DNA of 41,943 nucleotides from an uncultured Candidatus Peribacteria bacterium. Lineage in GTDB: Bacteria; Patescibacteriota; Gracilibacteria; Peribacterales; Peribacteraceae. Shown here one piece after another: positions 17,727 through 25,579 of the stretch. The DNA lies in contig CAZJPS010000002.1 in the NCBI GenBank assembly GCA_964548055.1, positions 1 to 41,943 of the forward strand, read 5' to 3'. The notes beneath the pieces are model-generated. The model made no database searches and was not told where the DNA came from. It saw only the letters and a list, made by a program, of their open reading frames with translations. Positions within the stretch are counted from its first letter, which is position 1. Every line of letters begins with the position of its first letter. The translations under genes and the position numbers were made by a program.

Positions 17727-17777
17727 CTATTCCACCCACAGCAACAAACTCTTCAAATAATCTACCTCCGGATGGTA
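17727..17777 (-). pseudogene. orphan 51-nt copy of the rlmI 3' end (16 codons plus stop)
   Basis: The minus-strand translation YHPEVDYLKSLLLWVE* is identical to the last 16 residues of RlmI (17836-17886). Identity is 39/51 nt, and all 11 coding differences are synonymous (stop TAG versus TAA). Confidence 0.7.
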
Positions 17778-17835
17778 CCCGCCTTCGCCCATTATTATTT
17801 CTTGCAGTTGAGGAGGCTACGGTGGGCGAGAAGGG

Positions 17836-19026
17836 TTACTCCACCCATAGTAAAAGGCTTTTGAGATAATCTACTTCGGGATGGTACAAATTTACCGGAT
17901 GATCAAACGCATGGCGATGACGCTGCAAAATCCGTACCGAGCGATTAGCTTGGCGGGCAGCGTGGAACACAATCGTTTGGAATAATTGAGGGTCGATCTG
18001 ATACGAACACGAACATGTGAGCATCAATCCTCCTGGCGTGAGTGCTTGGAATGCCAGACGATTCAGATCGGTATACGCGCGTTTGGCGGGATCTAAATCA
18101 GAACTGCGTTTTGCGAATGCAGGTGGATCCACAATAATGAAGTCGTATTGGTGGGGAAGAGGGCGTTGGCGAAGGAAATCGAACACATCGGCTGCATGCG
18201 CAGTGAATTGATCTGGAGAAATACCATTCAGTTCCATGTGTTCTTTCGCCCGGTCGAGCGCAGCTTCATCATAATCCACTGCATCGGCAGAAGTTGCTCC
18301 TCCTGCGAGAGCGGAAAGAGAGAATCCACCCACGTAGCTGCAACAATCCAGCACGGTTCTCCCTGCAGAAAGCTGACGAACAAGCGAGCGCATTTCACGT
18401 TGATCCAAAAAGAGTCCTGTTTTTTGGCTGCCTTGGAGATCGATCAAATATTCCAGTCCACGCTCTTTCACTTTGATGGTATCGGGGCCTTTGCCCATCA
18501 GCCATTCCTCGCGTGGCTCCAATCCTTCTTTTTTACGAGTGGCACCCGTCGATTTTTCAAAAATAGCGGCAGGTTTGCAGAGTTCATGCAGAGTCTCCGT
18601 CACCCACGGGCGCAAACGTTCCATACCGAGGGTTGTGAGCTGTACTACTAGAATATCTCCATACTGATCCACAATCAGTCCTGGAATTTCATCTCCTTCG
18701 GCATTGATGAGGCGGAATGCGGTGGTTTCTTCACTCTGGAAGAATGTTTTCCTAATCTCGATCGCACGCTTGATGTTGCGGCGCATGGTGGCCATAGGGT
18801 CACCTTTTTCGAATGCAATCGCTCTTCCGCAGATATATGCGCGGGTATTGAGCATCGCGTAACACAAAAATTCACCTGCGGAATTGTGCACTTCTACAAT
18901 TGAACCCGTTTCAATGCCATCTAGAGACACAATCGCATTCTTATAAATGGCATGGTGATGGTTCTTGAGCGGCCAATCGCGCTCGGGCTTAATAACGATA
19001 ATGGGGTACTGCTTTTGGGGGGCCAT
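17836..19026 (-). CDS. rlmI: PUA-domain class I SAM-dependent rRNA (cytosine-C5) methyltransferase, RlmI family
   Basis: The N-terminal part is PUA-like. It then carries VLDCCSYVGGFSLSALAGGA, FDFIIVDPPAFAK and TCSCS. Confidence 0.8.
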   Translation of the reverse strand: MAPQKQYPIIVIKPERDWPLKNHHHAIYKNAIVSLDGIETGSIVEVHNSAGEFLCYAMLNTRAYICGRAIAFEKGDPMATMRRNIKRAIEIRKTFFQSEETTAFRLINAEGDEIPGLIVDQYGDILVVQLTTLGMERLRPWVTETLHELCKPAAIFEKSTGATRKKEGLEPREEWLMGKGPDTIKVKERGLEYLIDLQGSQKTGLFLDQREMRSLVRQLSAGRTVLDCCSYVGGFSLSALAGGATSADAVDYDEAALDRAKEHMELNGISPDQFTAHAADVFDFLRQRPLPHQYDFIIVDPPAFAKRSSDLDPAKRAYTDLNRLAFQALTPGGLMLTCSCSYQIDPQLFQTIVFHAARQANRSVRILQRHRHAFDHPVNLYHPEVDYLKSLLLWVE

Positions 19027-19110
19027 GGCAGAAGATAATAGCAGAGGATAGGGAAAAATCTTAGGTGTTCCAAAGAACCGTGCGCAGAGGGTATACTCCT
19101 CGCTATATCT

Positions 19111-19485
19111 ATGCCTACGGACGACGATTCATCCATTGATTCTTGGACGCAGCAGGGGGTAGATGCGCTCAACGACGGTCGCATTGATGATGCGATTGAG
19201 GCATTTGAAGCCGTGGTAGAAGCAGAGCCAAATGATCCCGCAGGTTGGTTAGATTTGGGAACCGCGTATGCCTATGGAAGTAGAATAGAGGAAGCATTGG
19301 GTGCATGGAGTACATCGCTCAGCCATATGAAAGGGAAGAACAAGGCTCACAGCCAAGACATGCGCTCCATCGCCGATAATCTCCTCATCATCGCAAAAGC
19401 ACTGGATGTGCAGATGGACGATATTGCGGATAAGAAGAATCTGCGGGGCGTGATTGCACAGTTGCTGTTGGTGATGAAAAACTGA
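19111..19485 (+). CDS. small TPR-like protein
   Basis: The 124-aa ORF contains GRIDDAIEAFEAVVEAEPNDPAGWLDLGTAYAYGSRIEEALGAW, which reads as a TPR pair. Confidence 0.5.
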   Translation: MPTDDDSSIDSWTQQGVDALNDGRIDDAIEAFEAVVEAEPNDPAGWLDLGTAYAYGSRIEEALGAWSTSLSHMKGKNKAHSQDMRSIADNLLIIAKALDVQMDDIADKKNLRGVIAQLLLVMKN

Positions 19486-19582
19486 AGGGGACAAAAGTGT
19501 AAAAGGGGACAAAAGGGACAAAGGTCCTTTTTCAAAAACCTTTACAACCTTTTAAACCTTTATGCCCTTTGCCCCCCTTTTC
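19486..19582. repeat. 97-bp palindromic intergenic element, copy A (inverted relative to copies B and C)
   Basis: It fills the whole gap between convergent stops (TGA 19483-19485 and TAG 19583-19585). Its reverse complement aligns along its full length with the elements at 27817-27910 and 30031-30127. Confidence 0.85.
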
Positions 19583-20071
19583 CTAATGCATTTTCGTAAT
19601 CGTCCATCCCATTTCCGCGCCAGGGGCGGTAATGAAAATGCGGTTTTTCCAATCTTCATACACAAAATAACCCGTTCCATTTCTATCTGCCGAAGTGCCT
19701 GGATCTACGGGCAAGGTAGCTAAGTAAGGTTCCAGTTCTTTGCGAACATCAAGCAGGTCCTTACAGCTTGTGGCTTTGGTACGGCAAATTTCTACCGGCT
19801 TTTCAGTTAATCCCGGCACATTTTCGCTTTGGTGGTCTGTGCGGTAATTATAGAACGCATTTGCAAGTGTGACGACATCCTTCCTTCTTTGCTCATTCCG
19901 AAGCACATACTTTTCTTTACCGGGAGGATTTGGTTCATTCTTTTTTCGTCCAGCGTGACGGTAAGCCAGTGGATCTTTTGGTGCATTCTTCATTTTACTT
20001 ATAACAAATGCATGGCTGGTGGCCGGAAACGCAAGGGCGACAAGTAGGAGAGCTGAGAAGAGGCGACGCAT
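19583..20071 (-). CDS. secreted protein with a pilin/pseudopilin-like globular domain but an ordinary signal peptide
   Basis: I prefer the start at MRRLFSALLLVALAFPATSHA. The segment RNEQRRKDVVTLANAFYNYRTDH...LEPYLATLPVDPG...GTGYFVY...RIFITAPGAE resembles the GspG/type IV pilin head pattern (RDxxRxxDL..AL..Y...YL..lP.DP...Y.Y). Confidence 0.4.
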   Translation of the reverse strand: MRRLFSALLLVALAFPATSHAFVISKMKNAPKDPLAYRHAGRKKNEPNPPGKEKYVLRNEQRRKDVVTLANAFYNYRTDHQSENVPGLTEKPVEICRTKATSCKDLLDVRKELEPYLATLPVDPGTSADRNGTGYFVYEDWKNRIFITAPGAEMGWTITKMH

Positions 20072-20134
20072 GAGTAGAGAGTAGAAGGGAGAAAACAACA
20101 AAAACACTCTACCATAATCATCTAAAACATCTAT

Positions 20135-21313
20135 CTACCGTGCTTGCCATCTTTCTCTGCTCCATGTGCGCAGGTCTTCTAAAAAAATTCCTACGATACT
20201 TGCAAGTGGAATGGCAATGAGAATGCCGAGGACAGGGTGGATGACTGCAGGAAAGCTGATACCCACCAGCATGGCGATAATAATCGTTGTTGCAGGCAAA
20301 TCTACCGCGTGTTTCATGATGAGCGGGACAATGAAGTTATTTTCACAGAATTGTATAACGTAATACGCTCCCGCAACCATCAGCGCCCACGAAGGGCCGC
20401 CACTTCCAAGTGCAATCATCACGGCCGGTATGGCTCCAATAAGAGGGCCTATGTAGGGAATGAATTCTGTAAATCCCGCAAGAATTGCAAGCGTGAGTGC
20501 ATACGGCATGCCAAGTACCACAAGAACAATGAACGTGAGCACGCCAATTGCCAAACAAAGTAGCAGCTGCCCACGCATCCACTGGCCCAATTTCTGATTA
20601 ATAAGATCTACCCTTGCATCCATATATGGCCACATAGATGCAGGGAAAAATCTGCGTGCCCAGCGATAGCTGTGATTGCGGTCCAATTCTATAAAAAAAG
20701 CGGAGAGCAGCACAATAATGCTGTCGCGTATAAAGTAGAGCACTGATCCTGCAATACCTGTTAGCAATTGCACCGAACCTGCTGCCATTTCCGATAGATA
20801 CAAACTGAAATGTTCCAGTGCATCGGGGCCATTAAGTGCCAGGTTCCGAAGAAGCATGCGCAAAAGAATGGTAAGGCGCACATCAATTTCAGCGGGAACG
20901 AGTGGCAAAGAAACAATGCGTTCTGTGAGCAACTGCGTTACGGTGCTATCGGCCAATTTTGCAATGTCACCAAGTTGCTGTGCAATGATTGGGATGAAAG
21001 AAAAAACAAGGAAGACCGCAACGCTTAAAAATAAAATGTAGTGTAATAAAATCCCAAGACTTTCCTGAATGCCCCATGATCGCAGCTTCCGTACACCTGG
21101 ATCAATAATTGCAGACAGAAAAAGACCCAGGAGCAAAAGCACAATGACGTGCTGCAGCAGTACGACCAAGAGAACGGCCGCTGCGATGCCGAGTATTACA
21201 AACATGGCTCGAACAACGCTTCCTAGCGAAAGTTCTCCTGTTACATCTGCAGGAATCATTCCTCCTTTTGCAGAGGAGTTAGATGCGGCCATCATCGATT
21301 TTTTGGCGGACAT
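20135..21313 (-). CDS. AI-2E family transporter (PerM/UPF0118)
   Basis: The 392-aa polytopic protein carries FTEFIPYIGPLIGAIPAVMIAL, which is typical of AI-2E transporters. Confidence 0.8.
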   Translation of the reverse strand: MSAKKSMMAASNSSAKGGMIPADVTGELSLGSVVRAMFVILGIAAAVLLVVLLQHVIVLLLLGLFLSAIIDPGVRKLRSWGIQESLGILLHYILFLSVAVFLVFSFIPIIAQQLGDIAKLADSTVTQLLTERIVSLPLVPAEIDVRLTILLRMLLRNLALNGPDALEHFSLYLSEMAAGSVQLLTGIAGSVLYFIRDSIIVLLSAFFIELDRNHSYRWARRFFPASMWPYMDARVDLINQKLGQWMRGQLLLCLAIGVLTFIVLVVLGMPYALTLAILAGFTEFIPYIGPLIGAIPAVMIALGSGGPSWALMVAGAYYVIQFCENNFIVPLIMKHAVDLPATTIIIAMLVGISFPAVIHPVLGILIAIPLASIVGIFLEDLRTWSRERWQAR

Positions 21314-21407
21314 GCGGACGATGGAGGTGAGTGTACCTTATGGTAAGTTCTTGGCTCAACGAGACGGTCTTTACAGAGGGGCGAAGAAATCCGCAGATGT
21401 GAAAGTG

Positions 21408-22493
21408 TTAGTGAAGGGGTGATTGGTAACACTTTTCATCGCCCCATGCGGCTTCATTCGGCGTTCTGTAGCTGAGGGCCATATGCGGGCGATCATCGTT
21501 GTAATCGACCATCCACTGGATAAGAGCACCATTCAACATTTCCATATCGGTGCAATCCTTCCATGGTGGAAGGAATTCCTCTCGCAGCGTGCGATTGAAT
21601 CGTTCTAGCTGAGAATTGTCCTTCGGTGTCCTGACGCGACTCCAGTAGTGACCGAGCTTCAGCTCCAACACGGCCTTCTGAAAATGCCGGTGGAACTCAG
21701 TGCCATTGTCCGTCTGCACGTTCCGCATGGTTCCTCGCATATTTCGATTCAAAAGGTGTAGGAATTCGGCCGCGTTTTTCGAGCTGTGGGTTTTGTAGAC
21801 ACGCGCAAAGCCCCAGCGAGAATGCCGGTCGAGTGCCGTGAACATCGAAAACGTTGCTTTTCCCTGCCTGAGTATCACCGTATCGATGCTGACGAGAAAA
21901 CCAGTCTTTGGCTCCTTGATGAGTTTCGTGATGCGTTGCTTCTTCTCCGCGTACTGACGTTTGTACGCTAGCCGCCGGGCACGTTTCACATCCGGATAGA
22001 GCTGGTAGCGTTCAATGATCTTCTGTACCTGCCAGGAAGAAATCTTCGTACCATACTGTCTTTCATAGATGGCAGCAATCTTCATCTTCGAGTAGAGCGG
22101 ATATGCTGATCGCAAGAAGAAAAGACGTTGGCTTTGTTCCGGATCAAGCACAGGGAGTGGACCGACTTTTGGACGATGGGAACCGTTTTCCAGCGATTGA
22201 GGCTTCGTCACATCGAACCGTTTCTTCCAGACGTAAAATGTCTTCCGCGAAATGCCGAAATAGCGGCACGTCTTTTTGGTATTCCCCTTGAACGTTGTGT
22301 TGTAGGCGACGAACCAATCCAGACGCTGCCGTGCTTCTCGCGTGAGTGGAACTCTCAGCGATCCTGCCAGGAGAATCGTCCATATCTGTTTTGCTTTTTC
22401 GGGATTCCGTCGCGCATTTCCCCACAGGGCTTGCTGCAGTTGCATACGCTCAGCGTCGGTGAGATTCTTCGGAGAATGTTCTTGGACTGTCAT
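21408..22493 (-). CDS. IS481-family (rve integrase-core) transposase
   Basis: I prefer the start at ATG 22493 (MTVQEHSPK). The N-terminal HTH is TCRYFGISRKTFYVWKKRF. The DDE core is SIDTVIL, VQTDNGTEF and NSQLERFNRTLREEF, and it ends DYNDDRPHMALSYRTPNEA. Confidence 0.85.
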   Translation of the reverse strand: MTVQEHSPKNLTDAERMQLQQALWGNARRNPEKAKQIWTILLAGSLRVPLTREARQRLDWFVAYNTTFKGNTKKTCRYFGISRKTFYVWKKRFDVTKPQSLENGSHRPKVGPLPVLDPEQSQRLFFLRSAYPLYSKMKIAAIYERQYGTKISSWQVQKIIERYQLYPDVKRARRLAYKRQYAEKKQRITKLIKEPKTGFLVSIDTVILRQGKATFSMFTALDRHSRWGFARVYKTHSSKNAAEFLHLLNRNMRGTMRNVQTDNGTEFHRHFQKAVLELKLGHYWSRVRTPKDNSQLERFNRTLREEFLPPWKDCTDMEMLNGALIQWMVDYNDDRPHMALSYRTPNEAAWGDEKCYQSPLH

Positions 22494-22510
22494 GGGAGGC
22501 GATACAAATT

Positions 22511-22750
22511 CTAATCCTGTTCCAGCATCTTCCGAAGAAGGATTGCCAGTGCCTCGACCGCATCGCTCGGAACGTCGGCTTCCGCTAGGGCTCCCATGCC
22601 GGGCACGCGTGCTTGAAAAACTCCCGTCCCTTCGGTTGAGAAATCCACTGGCATTACCATGTAGCACTTTCCTGCATAAGCGTCGAAGAGCGGCATAGGA
22701 ACACCATCTTCCTGTAAGATTTGCCGCTGCTCATCGGTGACGAAGATCAC
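22511..22750 (-). CDS. small hypothetical protein (weak HicB/UPF0150-like resemblance); possibly the 3' part of a TAG-interrupted gene
   Basis: The 79-aa ORF starts with GTG. The segment GVFQARVPGMGALAEADVPSDAVEALAILLRKMLEQ is HicB-like. It is in frame with ORF 22760-22963 across a single TAG at 22760-22762. Confidence 0.3.
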   Translation of the reverse strand: MIFVTDEQRQILQEDGVPMPLFDAYAGKCYMVMPVDFSTEGTGVFQARVPGMGALAEADVPSDAVEALAILLRKMLEQD

Positions 22751-22925
22751 CGGCGCAGTCTACACCGTGCCCGTGTGTGGAATAATTTTCTGATAGACAA
22801 TGTGATCGATCCACGCAAAAACCACGCGGCGCTCCGAACCGTTTACTGCGCCATCTGCGCTCGGTATAATGAGAGGGCAACCCGACAGCCCGGGAGGCGT
22901 GTTTTCCCTAGGGAGTCCTGAAACC

Positions 22926-24707
22926 ATGGCCGAGGCTGGGCAGTTCCACCCCAAGGTCTTCATCAGCTACAGCCACAGGGATGAACGGTGGAAGGACCGC
23001 CTCCTCATCCACATGAGGGTATTGCAGCGAGAGGCTGCGTTCGACATCTGGGATGACCGCCGTTTACGGGCTGGAGACCACTGGTACGAAGAAATCCAGT
23101 CTGCGTTGCGGACCGCAAACCTGGCGATCCTTCTCATCTCGGCCAACTCTCTGACGTCCGATTTCATCCTCCGAGAGGAAGTCCGTTCCTTGCTCCAGCG
23201 GCACGAGCGGGAGGGCCTGCGCATCATTCCGATCGTCCTTGAGCCCTGTGCTTGGCAGAAAGTTGGTTGGCTGAGTAAGATGCAACTCCTCCCCAAGGAT
23301 GGCCGACCTCTCTCGCAGGCCCGCCGCCGCCACGAGATCGAGGCGGAGCTGACTGCAATTGCAACCCTCGTCTTCGATCTCCTGCGCGAGGCTACGTTCG
23401 CATCGGTCCAGCCCTCGCGCCCAGCCCCCATGCCCTCTACCGATACCAGTCCGTCACCGGCAGCCGCCTACAATGACCTCCTTGCGCTGGCCGCGACACA
23501 GCAGCAGTGTGGGCAGTACAGCGGCGCCCAACGAGCGTTCGAAAAGGCCATCAGCATCCTGGGACAGCTCGTCGAACGATCGCCTGCGGTGTCCGCCTAC
23601 CGTTCAAGTTTGGCGGTGGCCTGCAACAACTTTGGCAATCTCCTTCGACGCCTCGGCCGTTTGTCCGATGCGAAGGACTACTACCACAGAGCCTTGGACT
23701 TGGAGGAGCGCCTCCACGAGGAAGAGCCCGATAGTCCTGACTACCTCAATGACACGGCGCGCACCCACCACAACTTGGGCACGGCCCTGTGGGATGAGAA
23801 ACACCTCGGCCCAGCAGCCGCTGCCTTTCGCAGATCCGTGGAGATCCGTGCGTGGTTGGTTGCCAACACGGCAGGCCATCCACGTCACTGCCTTTTCCGC
23901 CGAGAGCTGGGAGATAGTTACACTTTTCTCGGCAAGATACTGTGGCAAATGAACAATGTCTGTGATGCGGAAGCTGCTTTCCGCCACGCGCTTCACTGGT
24001 TGGAGCCGCTCGTCATGGCACACCCTGCGCCCATCGAAGCTCGCATGGAGCTGGGATTGGCCTACGCGGGCTTGGCGAGACTGCTCGCCGAATGCCAGGC
24101 AGACCGGCGACAGGAAGCGGAAGCTCTGTATGCAAAAGCTCTGACCTGCCAGCACGGCCTTGTTGATGAGTTGCCTACCGTCCCCGATCACCGACATCAC
24201 CTTGCGTTCACGTTGGGCGGCCTTGCCCGTTTGTTACAGAAGCAGGAGCAACGGGCGCAAGCCCTGGACTACATTCGACAAGCCATCGACCATGGCTTGC
24301 AAGTGTTGGAATCCGTGAGCCCACAGCCGCGGCAGTGGCACGGGGATTGTACCCGCGACTATCGGTACCTCCTGGCAGTGCTGCTGGAGATGGGCAACTT
24401 TGATGAGGCGGCAACGGCAGCGACGGAAATCCCTTCCGCCCTTCGCACGGATCCGTCGGATTGCATCAGGTGGGCAGCATTTCTCGCTCCTTGTGTCAAA
24501 GAATGGGTGAAGCCAGGTACGCTCAACCTGGAACGCAACACGCGCTGCTTCGAGAACCTCGCAATGGAACAACTGCGTGAGGCTGTCGATAAGGGGCATG
24601 GTGATCCGGAACAACTGTTAACAGACAAACGTTTTGAGGCGATGCGGTCCCGCGCAGACTTCCATGAATTGATTACCAGATTGCGCAACAATTCGGCCCA
24701 GGAATGA
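22926..24707 (+). CDS. TIR domain protein with a long C-terminal TPR array
   Basis: I prefer the start at ATG 22926 (MAEAGQFHPKVFISYSHRDERWKD). The TIR_2-like pattern is FISYSH...DIWDD...G..W..EI..AL..A.LAILLISANSLTSDFILREEV...IIPIVLEPC. Two candidate catalytic Glu residues lie at 23175-23180. Multiple TPR-like helical pairs follow a Pro/Ser linker. There is no P-loop. Confidence 0.8.
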   Translation: MAEAGQFHPKVFISYSHRDERWKDRLLIHMRVLQREAAFDIWDDRRLRAGDHWYEEIQSALRTANLAILLISANSLTSDFILREEVRSLLQRHEREGLRIIPIVLEPCAWQKVGWLSKMQLLPKDGRPLSQARRRHEIEAELTAIATLVFDLLREATFASVQPSRPAPMPSTDTSPSPAAAYNDLLALAATQQQCGQYSGAQRAFEKAISILGQLVERSPAVSAYRSSLAVACNNFGNLLRRLGRLSDAKDYYHRALDLEERLHEEEPDSPDYLNDTARTHHNLGTALWDEKHLGPAAAAFRRSVEIRAWLVANTAGHPRHCLFRRELGDSYTFLGKILWQMNNVCDAEAAFRHALHWLEPLVMAHPAPIEARMELGLAYAGLARLLAECQADRRQEAEALYAKALTCQHGLVDELPTVPDHRHHLAFTLGGLARLLQKQEQRAQALDYIRQAIDHGLQVLESVSPQPRQWHGDCTRDYRYLLAVLLEMGNFDEAATAATEIPSALRTDPSDCIRWAAFLAPCVKEWVKPGTLNLERNTRCFENLAMEQLREAVDKGHGDPEQLLTDKRFEAMRSRADFHELITRLRNNSAQE

Positions 24708-24962
24708 TACGAAACCAGACATTACTGTGATGTGAAAGTTAACGAGTAACTGTTCACAGGTCGAAACTGCGGAAAACACAGGGCTTTTTGATGATGGCCC
24801 TAATTTCTAAGACAAAACTGACCACTCGAAAAGCGATTTGCGTCAAAAAAACGCTGGGAAAACGCCTGTTTCACCCTATGAGCGCATACGATAACGAAGC
24901 CCAAAGTGTTACCTCTCACTGCCGTCATGTGCAAAAGCAACACCTCGCTGTATACTGTGTAC

Positions 24963-25436
24963 ATGTCATCTTCTCTGCTGCAACGTTCGGCTCCTTCCTT
25001 CTCGTTATTAGATCAAGATGGTCGCACGCACCATGTAGAAGATTATCGTGGGCAGTGGGTGCTCCTCTTTTTTTATCCTCAAGATGACACGCCGGGATGT
25101 ACCAAGGAAGCCTGTGGGCTTCGTGATGCCTTTGCGGAGTATAAAGAAAAGAAATGTACTCTATTGGGAGTGAGTGCAGACACGGTGCAAAGCCACAAAC
25201 AATTTGCTGAAAAGTACCATCTTCCTTTTCCATTGTTAGCAGACACAGAAAAAACCGCCATTCAACGGTATGGGGTGTGGAAGGAAAAAAAGATGATGGG
25301 AAAGACCTATATGGGCATTGCGCGTACATCGTTTTTGATAGATCCCGAAGGGAAGATCGCAAAGATGTACGAAGGGGTGAAACCGGAATTGCATGCGGCG
25401 GAAGTTCTGCGAGATCTTGAGTCGTTGAAAGTATAA
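24963..25436 (+). CDS. bcp: thioredoxin-dependent peroxiredoxin Bcp
   Basis: It contains WVLLFFYPQDDTPGCTKEACGLRDAF with the peroxidatic Cys. I prefer the start at ATG 24963. Confidence 0.85.
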   Translation: MSSSLLQRSAPSFSLLDQDGRTHHVEDYRGQWVLLFFYPQDDTPGCTKEACGLRDAFAEYKEKKCTLLGVSADTVQSHKQFAEKYHLPFPLLADTEKTAIQRYGVWKEKKMMGKTYMGIARTSFLIDPEGKIAKMYEGVKPELHAAEVLRDLESLKV

Positions 25437-25579
25437 CTCTGCAATAAGGAAAGGGATTGAAAGGAATGGGAAGTCCTTCTCACGGCAGCTTTTTGATCGT
25501 TATCCCTTCAATCCCTTTATTCCCTTGAATCCTTTTGCCCCTTACCAATCCTTATATTTGCGCTTATACTCCAGTAAAG

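Larger units (their letters stand above)
21396..24758. mobile_element. putative inserted unit of IS481-type transposase + small ORFs + TIR-TPR gene; boundaries are tentative
   Basis: An 11-bp direct repeat GATGTGAAAGT occurs at 21396-21406 and 24729-24739. The segment 22500-24710 is clearly GC-rich (70% counted at 23401-23460), against 38-52% in the host lines I counted. A 28-bp palindrome lies at the right end. I could not identify the transposase inverted repeats. Confidence 0.45.

Noticed and set aside
19486-19582. I considered whether the periodic GGGGACAAA-type repeats are a CRISPR array.
   Set aside because: The units are only 9 bp, degenerate, contiguous (no spacers) and arranged as two complementary arms. 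No cas genes are in the window.
22494-22900. I searched for the transposase-proximal inverted repeat matching the left end (TGTGAAAGTGTTAGTGAAGG).
   Set aside because: No convincing reverse-complement match was found by eye; the best is GTAGCACTTTCCTGCAT near 22661. I therefore left the IS boundaries undefined and did not call IRs.
22967-24691. Several long alternative-frame and antisense ORFs (22967-23431, 23359-23952, 23604-24200, 24234-24614, 24359-24691).
   Set aside because: They are expected by-products of stop-poor, GC-rich DNA. Only the 22926-24707 frame gives TIR and TPR motifs.
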